Assembly: GCA_002269645.1 (NCBI GenBank)
Contig: NIVC01000467.1
Span: 362,232-426,231 of the forward strand
Direction: 5' to 3'
DNA length: 64,000 nt
DNA from: Macrostomum lignano
Lineage: Eukaryota
Part shown: positions 25,539 to 37,586 of the stretch, piece after piece
Layout: every line of letters begins with the position of its first letter
How positions within the stretch are numbered: the first letter of the stretch is position 1
Position numbers and translations under genes: made by a program
Notes under the pieces: generated by a model
The model's input: the letters and a program-made list of their open reading frames with translations, nothing else
Told to the model about the DNA's origin: nothing
The model's database searches: none

Positions 25539-26337
25539 TGAGAGAGGCCAAGTTTTGAATCCCTGCCGTTTTCTTAGTAACTGCGAAGTTTGTAGAATTT
25601 TGTTTGAATGCACCCATCCCCACCCCAATTTTCGTATAAATAGAAGGGAATTCAGCGCCCAGAGAGGCAACCGAGTTTTCAGGTTCATAGGCGATTTGCC
25701 TAACAAAATTTGAAGAATCTTTCAAAGTCTTCCTTATTTGCCAAAAGCTGAGAGCGAATGCTCATTGGACAAGAGGTAGAAATTACCAAGAGCAAAAGAC
25801 AAACAGTCTAAAAGCCAATAGCGGAACCGCGAACAGTAAAGGCGTAGAGAGCCAATTGAAGAGGGAGAAATATCCAAATAAACTGTTCGAACTGAACAAC
25901 CAATGGAAAGTCGTATATGACAAAATAAAATCTGTAAGAGAAAATTGAAATTCACTGGGCAAACTCGATCCATTGGAGGACGCTGCTTTAGGACTTAGTC
26001 ATCCCCCTCCCCCCCTAGCTGAACAGTGTCTTGCCGCTCGGGCACTGCGCGCTACCAGGGCAATCCGTGCTTACGTGAAAGCCCATAGCCTTACCTCAGT
26101 AACATCTTATTTTAGTAGTTCATAACGAATTCAATAAGCTAATATAATAAAATTCTAGAATTACAGCCAAACCCCCCCTTCAACAACTTGGTGGCACAGT
26201 GAGATAAAATTCAATAACAGTAAAGAGACCGGTAACAACTTGGTGCATCGGTGGGATAGTTATAATAATTAAATCCACCTCCCACAACTTGGTGATTGCG
26301 GTGGGATTTAGAGAATAATAAAAGGTGCCCTACCACA
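25539..26337 (+). repeat. 5' LTR
   Basis: About 98% identical to 34686-35484 (15 substitutions and 2 small indels by manual alignment). TATAAA at ~25635. Confidence 0.98.
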
Positions 26338-26340
26338 ACT

Positions 26341-26352
26341 TGGTGGCAGCGG
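26341..26352 (+). other. Primer-binding site complementary to the 3' end of tRNA-Leu (AAG/UAG type)
   Basis: TGGTGGCAGCGG, 3 nt after the LTR end, is the reverse complement of ...CCGCTGCCACCA of metazoan tRNA-Leu (from recalled tRNA sequences). Confidence 0.8.
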
Positions 26353-26436
26353 ATAGGGATCGAGATCCAGTGAAAAGACCCGATGTTGCTGAAAAAGTCG
26401 AATTGACAAAGAGAAATTATAGACTCGGAATAAGCC

Positions 26437-27402
26437 ATGGCAGCAATCAATGATACTATTGGACTATTAGCAGAAGAGTTGAGGAATAGATTAGAACTAG
26501 GGCCCATGAGACATATTAAAATTCAGAAGTATACCCCCAGCCAAGACATCTGAATCTGGCTGGTAGCCTTTGATCAGCGATGTGACGCCAAAGGAATAGA
26601 CGTAGCCAATAGGAAAACTGAGTTAGTAGCTAATTTGGACTTGTCAACTGCTTTCGCTGCAGTTCAGCGATTGAATTTGCCAGAAGAGTTGACCTATGAG
26701 GAGTTTAAGGATAGGCTTGTAGAAAGATTTGGTAGGCTAGGAAGTGCTTCCGAGTTCAATGAAGAATTTAGAGGAAGGATGCAGGGAAGAAATGAGGCGA
26801 CCGACATGTTTGCTGATGCCCTGATAGAGCTGTCAAGCCGAGCATTCCCAAACATGAATGCCGAGCAAAGAGAAGAAGAAGTGGTAGAACAATTCATAAA
26901 AGGTGTCAGAATCCCCTCAGATACAAGGGAGAAGCTGATTTTTGCGCAGCCAGCTAGCCTGCAGGAAGCTAGGCGCATGTTGAGGCGCATTGAAGCTGCT
27001 TGGCACATGTCCCACAAGAACGGAGTAAGAGTGATTAAAGACGAAGAAGGAGAGAAAGAGAGCCTGACAGAAGTCGTCAAGAAGCAGAAAGAGGAGCTGG
27101 AAAAGCAGCGAAAACTCATTCAGGAGCTACAGGCGGAGAGCCACAAAGAGAAGGTGCAGGTGTATCAGCCAATGGCTACTCAGCCAGTGCATTATCAGCC
27201 TGCTATAGTACAGCCTCAGCCTGTACGATATCAGCAAATGGCTTCTTAGCCCCAGCATGTGCGCTATCAGCCGAGGGCGTATCAGCCACGGCCACCCCCA
27301 CTAATGAACCAGCATCCCAGGTTCCCAGCGCAGTCTCAGCCATCATCAGCTAGACCCAACCAGCACCGATTTCCGCCAAGAAACCTGAATCAGGGAAACT
27401 GA
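26437..27402 (+). pseudogene. gag: Gypsy gag with two premature stops
   Basis: ATG at 26437; in-frame stops at 26551 (TGA) and 27247 (TAG). Retrotrans_gag-like segment FRGRMQGRNEATDMFADAL.EL...AFP...VVEQFIKG; natural end ...NQGN* at 27400-27402. Confidence 0.85.
27393..27402 (+). other. Probable -1 ribosomal frameshift site G GGA AAC at the gag-pol junction
   Basis: X XXY YYZ heptamer directly before the gag TGA. The pol frame is -1 relative to gag and open from 27393. Confidence 0.75.
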
Positions 27403-30400
27403 ATGGCAAGGGTCGGAAGTCGAGGCCACATCCCTCAAGCAGAACCCCAAGCGAAATGCAGGCCTCCCAAAATCCCCGCCAACCCGCTTGTGATACAGCA
27501 AACAGAGGATGGCAACTTGTAAAAAGGCGCAAGCGAAATGCTTATGCACCCAATGCGAAAATGCACCCTGTATCTATGCGAAATGCACCAACTGCGTCCA
27601 CTATGTCTGCACCAACTGCGTCTACTATGCCTGCATCATCTATGTCTACAGTATCAGCACCCGCTGCTGCAGCGCCCGCATCTGCTGCCGCAGCATCCCA
27701 ATTGCTTACTTCGCCCAATGTGTCAACCGCCGAGACCTCAGTCATCACGCCGATGACTGTCAAGCCCAAGAAGTCCCGTCGAAACCGCCGCCGCAAATCC
27801 AAGAAGACTCCAGCCAATGCCAAACTCGAGCTAATCAGCCCCAAGAGCTACGAAGCAATCGTAGTAGGCAACATCAATCGCCAAGAGATTGACTTCCTGC
27901 TAGATACTGGAGCTAGCAATAATTTCCTGAGTAAGTCAGTCTGGTCTAAAATTTTCAAGCCTGAGCAAATCAAGAATACAAGTAGAAGAGTATCTACTTT
28001 TGACGGAGCCACAGTACAGCTAGAAGGAGAAATTTCCGTTGCTGTTGAGTTTGGAGATATTCGAATTGAAATAATGTTCCTATTATGTGGCCACGAATGT
28101 GACAACATTTTGGGAATGGAATTCTTTCTTGAGCAGTGCGAAAGCATTCATCTGACAAAAGGGATGCTGATCCTAAAAGAAGGAGCCTGCATACCTATGC
28201 AGTACACGCACATGCCTGTACGAGTCTGCAGAGTGTACACTCAAGAAAAGGCAATTATCCCTGCGAATAGCGCACTGCGCATTCCAGTTAGACTGGTGGA
28301 GAATGCCGAAGCTAACTATGGCGCTCCAATGACCATAGAAACAATTGGTGATGGTGTAAGAGCCAAAGAGCTAACGATCGAAATGATCCCGACTCTGGTC
28401 ACTATGCAGCAGGGCGCCGCAGTCGTCGAAATTGTGAATCGGCACCCCGTTGAAGTCAGGTTGCCCAAATCTGCATTGGTAGGGCTCGCTAAGCCCATGA
28501 AGGCCAAAGATCTGCTCTATTGGTCAGCACCGACATCTGATCAGCAGCCATCAGCGGAAGTACAAGACTCAGCCCGTGTCAATCAGGTCCAAGCCACTGA
28601 AGAAGAGTGGGTGAGTGAAATTAGCATTGGTACTGATTTGACTACTGAACAGAGAGCAGCAGTAGTAGCATTAGTAAAAGAGCATCGAGAAGCTTTCTCT
28701 CAAAATGACCTCGATATGGGGCTAACTCATTTAGTGACCCAAGAAATTTCTTTGAAAGACGAGACCCCTTGTGAGAATCCCTACTCGCCGAATTCCTCCC
28801 CATCTCCAAAAGCAGGTCGATGCCCAGCTAGACGACATGCTAGCGAAAAATCTCATCCGTCCCTGCTATTCCACCTATTCCACCCCACTAGTCATCGTGC
28901 CAAAGAAAGATGGCACCATTCGCATTGTCAACGATTTCCGAGTGTTAAACTCGCGAGTGAACTATTTCCCCTACCCTCTCCCAAACATCCAAGAAACCTT
29001 CTCTAATCTCACAGGAAGCCAATTCTTCAGTAGCCTCGATCTTAACTCAGGCTATTGGCAGGTCCCAATTAAGGAAGAACATAAGTTCATGACAGCTTTC
29101 TCCACCCTGACTAGAGGACAGTTTGAGTACCAGGTGATGGCGCAGGGACTATCCAATGCTCCCGGTACCTTTCAGAGGCTAATGAACTTAGTACTCGCTG
29201 GAATTCAGCACAAGTTTGCTATGTCCTATATTGACGATATTGTCACTTATTCAAAACAGTTCGAAGACCATTTGTCCCATTTGAAAGAAGTTTTCCAGAG
29301 ACTAATCAATGCCGGATTAAAGCTTAGAGCGAAAAAGTGCAATTTGTTCCATAGAGAGCTGAAGTATTTAGGCCACGTGATAGGTAGAGATGGTATTCGA
29401 AGTGACGAAGCAAAGATCGAAGCGATCAAAAGCTGGCCTAAACTGAAAGAGGTGAAAGAGCTACGTAGCTTTTTAGGACTGTGTAATTATTACAGTCGAT
29501 TCGTGAAAAACTATGCTGAAGCCGCGCACCCACTGTTCCAGCTCACCCGAAAGGGAGTGCAAAATTTCTCAGCAAAATGGACAGATGTGCATGATAAGGC
29601 TTTTGAATCATTAAAACAGCGCATGATGTCAACAGAGGTGCTTGCGTATCCTGAATTCGTAGATGACGAAAATGTCAAAATGGTTCTGGATACCGATGCC
29701 AGTGAAGGACGGATTGGGGCCCGTTTAGGTCAGATCCAGTCCGATGGTATTGAAAGGCCTATTGCGTACTTTAGCCGCGCAATGAAAGAGTCGGAAAAGT
29801 GCTACCCTATCACTTGAAAGGAGTTGTTAGCACTTGTAGACGCTATGAGACACTTTCGTTTCTATTTGATCGGAAAAAGATTTCTCGCCTGAACTGACCA
29901 TAAAGCAATTCTCTGGTTGCTACGGCAGACTGAAGCCCAGGGTATCTTAGGACGTTGGATTGAGCGCCTGACTGAGTTTCAGTTTGACATTGAACACAGA
30001 AGTGGCGCCAAGCATACCAACGCGGACAGCTTGTCCAGGAGACCCGCGGAGACAGCCGAAACAGGCCAGAGTGATAAGTCAAACACTGAATTGGTGACTA
30101 AAGGCGATAATGCCAACCCAGAATTTCCCTCCCCCAACAGAGCCGAATTGGCCGAACTGAGTCAGAAGGCAAAGGCAGAGGACAGCTGTACAAGCCAGGC
30201 CCAGCTGCCAGTTGAGGACTCAATACCCGATTGTCCTGCTCCAACCCCCCTCTCGCTGAACCATTTAGCCACCCAGCCCCCGTGCCATTCAGTCCCCCAG
30301 CCCTCTCCCCCTTGTAATTGTGTTCAGGATAACAATTTGGAGCCACTGAGCTTGAGCCTTGCGCAATCGAGCCAAATCCCTGTAATGTCCAAACACGAAC

Positions 30401-32210
30401 AAGAGAGCGAGGTGCGAAGAGTCGATAAGCTCTTGACTGACTACCTCCCCGTCCCGCTGAAGCGTGACCAAATTGTTAATGCCCAGAGAGAGGACCCCTC
30501 GATCCGAACCCTCGTGCAATGGAAATGTGCGAAAGTTGAAATCCCAGTGCCCCAGAGAACCGACCCCCCGCTGTTAAAGCAAATGTGCAAAGCCTATGAG
30601 GCTATGAGAATTGAAAACGAATTGTTAATCGTGAAAGAGGACGAAAATTGGAAGGTTGTCCTGCCAGAGTCATTAGACAGGCTAGTTCTTGGCGATCTCC
30701 ACGATAGCCCACTAGCTGGACACTTAGGCAGAGACAAGACCATCCAGAAAGTCCGCGAGAGATTTTGGAGACCCGGTCTGACCACGGCAGTTGAGAAGTA
30801 CATCTCTGAATGTATACCCTGCCTGGAAAGCAAACGAGGACACAAGGTCCAAGCCCCCATCCAGTCCTTCCCTATCAGCGAGCCATTTCACCGCCTCCAT
30901 ATTGATATAATCGGGCCAATATCCAAGCAGAGTAGAAGAGGGCATTGATATGTGCTCACAGTGGTTGATAGCACCACGCGATACCCCTTTGCCTTTCCGA
31001 TCCGCAACCAGAAATCAGACACTGTCATTAAAATCCTGCAGGAGAGAATCTTCAGTGAGTATGGACAGTGCCACTGGATTCATACCGATAATGGTAAAAC
31101 ATTCCCCAGCAGACAGTTCAAGGCTTTCTGTGAACTCTATAATGTCAAGCAGACATTCACTACCCCCTACCATGCCCAGAGCAACGGCTTGGTAGAAAGG
31201 TTCAATAAGCAGATCAAGTCTATTATTACCTGCCTTATCAAGAAAGACCACAATAACTGGGATCTAATGATTCCAGCTGCGCTAGTTGCTGTCCGAACCA
31301 GTATCAATCAGACAACAGGTTTCATACCCCATTTCCTGTTATTTGGAAGGGAAGCCGTGTTACCTATGGACAATCAGATCAAGGACCCAAAGCACTACGC
31401 AGGCTATCCATCCTATGTTGCCTAACATGCCGAAAGACTAAATGTCGCCCAGAAACTCGTAAAAGAGAAATTGGAGAAGGTGATAAACCAAAGACAGACC
31501 GCTGCTGAAACTAGCAAACTGCCAAAGGAAGTACCGTTAGGAAGTTTAGTGCTTATTATTAACCCGCAGCTAGATAACGAGGAGTCGCATAAATTCCATA
31601 GACAGCGAAGATCAGCATACCGAGTTTTGAAGCAAATTTCAGAAGTAGTATTTAAGGTGCAGAAGGAGGAAGAAGGAAAGCTAGAAGGGAAAGAGTTGTT
31701 AGTGCATAGGGACAATTTAGCTGTAGTGCCAAATTCAGTTAAAGAAATTGCCGCCAGCCAGTTAGACAAAACTGCGATTGCGAGAGAACCTAAAGTTAAG
31801 GAAGCCAGCGCAGCACCGCAGAAGCGAAAGTTAAGGGAAGCCACCCCCGGAGGGAAGAGATAGAAGAATATGAAGAATCGGAAGATGAAAACCGCCTGAA
31901 TTGGCAATGCAATCTCCGAGACAATGATAATTTAGAGCCAGAAAGTGAAAGCGAGGATGAAGTATCAAGTGAGTCTGATAGTGAGATTTTTGAGGAAGAA
32001 GGCAGTGAGGTAGAAGAAGCAGAACCAATGCAAGAGGAAGAAAGAGAAGAGCTCGAACCTGAGCAAGAGGCAAACGAGATTACCGAAGAGGCGCCTAGAC
32101 CTGAGAAGAGGTACAACACTCGTAGTCAGATTAAGCCCCTGAACAGATGCTTGTGCTATCTGAAAAGGCTGATTACAGTGTGGCGCCTATTGCCCAATCT
32201 GACCTATTGA
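27393..32210 (+). pseudogene. pol: Gypsy pol (protease, RT, RNase H, integrase), disrupted
   Basis: FLLDTGAS (protease), YIDD (RT), LDTDAS (RNase H), H..HLG..KT...C..C zinc finger, and HIDIIGP / HTDNG / NGLVERFN (DDE). Frameshifts near 28770 and ~31850; stops at 29815, 29890, 30946 and 31423. Confidence 0.97.
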
Positions 32211-32289
32211 GAGACGGGAAGCAGAAGGAAGGCGCGCACAGGCGCAAAGGCGTGAGGAAGCAATCCCATTGGAAGAGAGAAGTTGGGTG

Positions 32290-32390
32290 CGGAGAGCCAA
32301 TGAGAGCACGTTGGGAAATTGGCTGTCTAAGCAAATCAGAGGCCACGATCCCTTTCCTGGGACCCCCCCGGAGAGGCCTATATAAGCGAG
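32290..32390 (+). promoter_or_regulatory. Putative internal promoter for retrotransposon ORF3 (CCAAT and TATA-like motifs)
   Basis: AGCCAAT at ~32295, reverse CCAAT (ATTGG) at ~32319 and CTATATAAG at ~32378, about 70 nt upstream of ATG 32452. Confidence 0.45.
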
Positions 32391-32451
32391 GCCCCTGATG
32401 CCCCGGAAGCCTCACATATTTGCAGAGATACCGAGAATTTCGGAAACAGCT

Positions 32452-34017
32452 ATGAGCGATCAAGAAGACGAATTTTTCTTGCTCAACGAGCTCCTGAGTT
32501 TGGACGACCCGTTCGATCTCCAGGAGGAAGTAGTGGTAGCGACTGCCGAACCTGGCACATCAGCAACCGCCGAATCTGGCACAATTGCCGAATCTGGCAC
32601 AATTGCCGAACCTGGCACATCAGCAACCGCCGAATCTGGCACAATTGCCAAACCTGGCACATCAGCAACCGCCGAACCTCGCACAGCCGCATCTGCCGAA
32701 TCTGGCACCCCTGTACTGGCCGACTCTGGCACGATTGCAACCGCCGACGCTGGCACTGTTGTGTGGGCACCAGCCAGAATGGGCACTGAAGCCGGCGCTA
32801 CTGCAGGCAAGCAGGGCGACGCGGCCAATGACAACCAGAGCACTGTTCCGAAACGCCCACCGATTTGAGGTGACCGAGACATAGAGGTGCCCGAAAGACA
32901 GCGCACACTGCTGACTAAGCCCGGAGCCCGGTTACGGTCGGTGGTCAAGCGAGTCGGGTCACCAGTGCGAGCCCCGGTACAGTCCAAGAAGACTGCTACG
33001 TCACGAATCCCGGTGTCTCAGGCTGCTGAGAATCGTGCTGCCATCCTGCAACGGCAGGCGGCCAGAGTCATTGACAGCCCTGATGTTGCCAAGAGGCACC
33101 CAGAGGCCGCGAATTCGACGGTAATGCTGCGTCTTGGCCCCGCAGTGCGGCGGATCTTGCCAAGGCCTCCACCACAGCAGCAATGACCGGTGCGAACATC
33201 ATCGCCGAAAGCGCGATCGGCTCGACAGGAGTCAACGGCATCACGGAGGAAGTCATCATCAGCGCCCCGCCGGCAGCTGGCTTGGCGACAGCCAAAGCCG
33301 CAGACGCAGCCGCAGCCGCAGCCGCAGACGCAGCCGCAACCGCAGCCGCCGCCGCAGCTGTTGACGCAGCCGCAGCCGCAGCCGCCGCAGCCGTTGACGC
33401 AGCCGCAGCCGCCGCAGCCGCCGCAACCGCAGCAGCAACCACAGCCACAACCGCTGGTATGGTCGCAACAGGCGCAGCCGCAAGCGTCGCCACCTCTGCT
33501 GCAACAACAACCGCAGGCTTCACAATCGGCCTCCTATCCGCCGCGTCAGACAATGATCTACCCGCAAGCGAATGACTGGAAGACAGGGGCTTGCGCCGTG
33601 AGCCAGCCTCAATATCAACAGCAACCGGAGCGGAGACAGTTCCCGCGCCCCATCGACGAGAACGGGCTTGGCGCCAACCTAAGCCGCATTCTGAGCGAGA
33701 TGCCGGAAGAGCGGCACGCCCATTTCAAGAAAAAGATTGCCCTGATTAAGGCATACCTCATGCGCATTGCGAACGTCAGATTGGATCGCGCTCTACCACA
33801 AAGAGCCCATGTGCGGCCGGTTCTAACTCTGCTCACCAACAGTTATTTGCAGGAGTAGGCGATTGCTGCTTGGAGGCGGGCAGTTGCCTACGCGCTGCAG
33901 GCGTTACGTGCGGCTGGCCAGCCGTACTACGCCACCCTTCTCCGAATTGAGGTGAGGTGGATGGCCGAGATTCTCGACTGGGGAGGACCGCTGCCGGAGG
34001 AGTTCGACATGGAGTGA
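32452..34017 (+). pseudogene. Retrotransposon accessory ORF3 of unknown function (~521 codons, three in-frame stops)
   Basis: ORF-track pieces 32398-32868, 32887-33186 and 33190-33858 are in one frame, which continues past TAG 33856 to TGA 34015-34017. Acidic N-terminus, AESGT and QP repeats, helical-looking C-terminus; no signal peptide or TM segment seen. Confidence 0.7.
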
Positions 34018-34685
34018 GATATGAACTATTAATGCCAGTGATGCTAGCATAGGTTTACTTACTTACAATATTACAGATCATTTCATAGACGTGTGAGCTT
34101 AATGTTTATCTATGTCAGTTTAATACTCAATTGCTTGAATTATTATTCTATGGTGCTTTGAAATAATACTTAGTTGACTTTGTGCCTGCAACGCGCTACA
34201 TTTTTATAGTTCGATTTTTATGCAAGCAATTATGCACAGTTGTTCAATTAGTATACTAGTACTCATCGACGATTTTGTCTACTTATCCGCCAGATGAGCA
34301 TAAATGCTCTCTCCTACATAAAGAAATGCACTTTCACACCTATGCTTACGAATTTTATCTTACACTCATTTTAATCCCTAAGCATGTATCAACAAATTCT
34401 AGTTTGCAACTTCATACTTAGCTTGGCGATTAATCTATCACATTTATTGCTTAATTTTCGAAACTGCGAGTACCACTTAATTTTTATATGCTTTCATATT
34501 CTGTCTACGATTACACCTACACTTTATGTGCACCTATTTCTAAACAAGTTTTATTTTTGTGTCTGTTTATCTAGCTCTATCATTAATTACTTTATTGCAC
34601 CTTTTTTACTACTGATAGTAATGAGTAGAATAATTTTCTCACTTTTATTTTTTCTTATTTGAAAATTATCCTTAGGGAAGCCAGT

Positions 34686-35484
34686 TGAGAGAGGCCAAGT
34701 TTTGAATCCCTGCCGTTTTCTTAGTAACTGCAAAGTTTGTAGAATTTTGTTTGAATGCACCCGTCCCCACCCCAATTTTCGTATAAATAGAAGGGAATTC
34801 AGCGCCCAGAGAGGCAACCGAGTTTTCAGGTTCATAGGCGATTTGCCTAACAAAATTTGAAGAATCTTTCAAAGTCTTCCTTATTTGCCAAAAGCTGAGA
34901 GCGAATGCTCATTGGACAAGAGGTAGAAATTACCAAGAGCAAAAGACAAACAGTCTAAAAGCCAATAGTGGAACTGCGAACAGTAAAGGCATAGAGAGCC
35001 AATTGAAGAGGGAGAAATATCCAAATAAACTGTTCGAACTGAACAACCAATGGAAAGTCGTATATGACAAAAGAAAATCCATAAGAGGAAATTGAAATTC
35101 ACCGGGCAAACTTGATCCATTGGAGGACGCTGCTTTAGGACTTAGTCATGCCCCTCCCCCCCTAGCTGAACAGTGTCTTGCCGCTCGGGCACTGCGCGCT
35201 ACCAGGGCAATCCGTGCTTACATGAAAGCCCATAGCCTTACCTCAGTAACATCATATTTTAGTAGTTCATAACGAATTCAATAAGCTAATATAATAAAAT
35301 TCTAGAATTACAGCCAAACCCCCCCCCTTCAACAACTTGGTGGCACAGTGAGATAAAATTCAATAACAGTAGAGACCAGTAACAACTTGGTGCATCGGTG
35401 GGATAGTTATAATAATTAAATCCACCTCCCACAACTTGGTGATTGCGGTGGGATTTAGAGAATAATAAAAGGTGCCCTACCACA
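34686..35484 (+). repeat. 3' LTR
   Basis: Direct repeat of 25539-26337, preceded by a short purine run AGGGAAG (weak PPT). Confidence 0.98.
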
Positions 35485-37021
35485 TATGCTAACTTAATTT
35501 TCTGTCAGTGAAAATATTGTCTTGTTGAAAGTTTTTGTCTTGCACCAAATTGTGCCAATTTTTTTGTCTTGCAAAGTACTGTGCCAGATTTCCTCTATTG
35601 CCTGCTATTGCGCCAAAATGCACTAGCATGGCACATGTCCAACCCCCTTTTGTGCCGGAATTTTCCATGAAAAAGGCCATCTTTCTAACTATAGGTCTTA
35701 GAGGCCTTTTTTGATGAAAATTGCCATGCGTATAGGCCTTTGTATGCAAGCAAATTGCAAGCTATTGTATTCTTTTTTATTTTTTACTATGTAGCATAAT
35801 ACACTGTCAATAGACTACTATAGGGCCTACTACAACTACAATAGCATAAAAAATGGGCAATTAGTGTGGTTAAGGGAAGTCAACAATTAGAAAAAGTCAC
35901 AACCAATTGGAAAATCCTCAAAAAAGAATTAACAGTCTTGCTTGTCTTGGTAATAAAGATATATTTTTAGTTTTCTTAAAAAAAAAAGATGTAGCAAATT
36001 TTATTAAATTAAAGTAGGCCTAATATAGAAAGGAAAAAAGTATTGTTTTGTTTTATTTTAGGTTTTGTTATTTAAAATATTTTGTGTATCGTATTTGATT
36101 TTTGCATTTGAATGGCAAAAAGGCAACCAATCAAAAGGGTGATAGTCAACAGGGCGACAGGATATTAAACCAAGAACTATTTAAGTGGCAGTAAGTAGAA
36201 CCTTGTTTTGTCGAAAATCTTAGAATCTGCCTTCTATCAAAAGCAATAACAAGATGTATTAAGACATTAGACATATTAGAATTGTACGTGTTGGTATTAT
36301 ACATGTATATATATATTAATGTACATTGAAACATAAATCAGTAGGGTTTATTTATTTCAGTTTTTAGCAGCAAACTAGGACTATGCAATTCTATTAACAT
36401 GGCAACTGCTCAGCAGATGCTTACTAAAGGCGTAAGTGAAATAAATGGACCTCATTAAATACATTTTAACATTTAATAGGCCTAGTGTGTCCAATACATG
36501 TCCAGATTTTATACATACCCCATTTTAACTGTTCATACATTTTAACAACACGTTTTAACAAATACAAGTATAATACATTTTTACTGCTTTTAACAAATAC
36601 TTCTAATGTATATGGAACTCGTAATTTCAATATAAATACACTGTAACTGTTGCCCTTTTGACTGTCAACCTTTTGACCTGTAGCCGACAAAAAAGGTTTT
36701 TTACCATTGAAATTGCAAAAAAAGGTCTTTTTTATTGTCACAATTGTAAAAAGGTCCTTTATAGGCCTATTATCCTAACACCTCAAAGGCCTAGGCATTG
36801 GGCCCTATATAGAAAGCATGATTGTTGGCCATGGGCCATGCTTCCCTGGTAGCTAAAAAATGTTTCTACATGGACTGCTGACCGCATATCTATAATACTA
36901 TATAGATGCATATTAATAGGTACTAGAAGAATCTAGAAAACAAGCCCCTTAATTTAGAGTAAGAAACTGACTTTATACCATAGGCCTATTCTATGACTCA
37001 AGACTAAAGCCTAGGCCTATT

Positions 37022-37586
37022 TGGCAATAGTGCAGTTTTGTTCGCGAAATTATTTTTTGGTTAAATTTGAAAGTTTGAAACCAGAAAACAATAATAACAA
37101 TGTTTTAAACCATTCTAATGACTATGCCAAAGCTCACTGGTCACAGAACTTTAAAGCAAATGGGCGCTCTATTAATATACTTTTTTTATTAAATCTGTGC
37201 CACGCTCGAATGCTACTTGAAATGCAATTTGTCTATGGAAAAAAGTTTAAAAAATTGAAAGGGGCTCAAGTGGGGGGGCTTGAACTGTTTCCCTTTAGCT
37301 GAGAAGCTGCTAATATCTGCTTTTTCATTTGGACAACATATTGTATCATGGCTGGACAACAACCAAGACCCTCGTAAATAATTCCGCCGAATGAAGTGCT
37401 GCTAGCGAATGCTCTACGGCAACTAGAGCTAGATGTGCGCGACCTGATGGCTGCCATGGTCTCTGCCACAATCGTTAGAATGGTTTAAAACATCAATTTT
37501 TATCGTTGTTATTGTTTTCTGGTTTCGAACTTTCAAATTTAAACAAAAATAATTTCGCAAACCCAAACGAAACTGCACTATTGCCA
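37022..37586. mobile_element. MITE with ~110-bp terminal inverted repeats and apparent 6-bp TSD CCTATT
   Basis: TGGCAATAGTGCAGTTT...AAACCATTCTAA at 37022-37119 is the inverse of ~37476-37586. CCTATT occurs at 37016-37021 and 37587-37592. Confidence 0.8.

Larger units (their letters stand above)
25539..35484 (+). mobile_element. Full-length but decayed Ty3/Gypsy LTR retrotransposon (~9.95 kb)
   Basis: Two 799-bp LTRs (25539-26337 and 34686-35484), TG...CA termini, 4-bp TSD TATG (25535-25538 / 35485-35488), PBS at 26341, and gag-PR-RT-RH-IN order. Confidence 0.98.

Noticed and set aside
25690-26125. Protein-coding frame inside the LTR
   Set aside because: No in-frame ATG, and an internal TGA is shared by both LTRs.
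26183-26360. CRISPR array (short repeats with unique spacers)
   Set aside because: Eukaryotic context, no cas genes, degenerate repeats that match tRNA 3' ends. Reported as a PBS array instead.
26551-33858. Alternative genetic code or TGA read-through in the retrotransposon ORFs
   Set aside because: Host genes IDH3G and BET1L end in TGA, and the stops fit C->T decay alongside genuine frameshifts.
32452-34017. env gene
   Set aside because: No signal peptide, furin site or transmembrane segment is visible.
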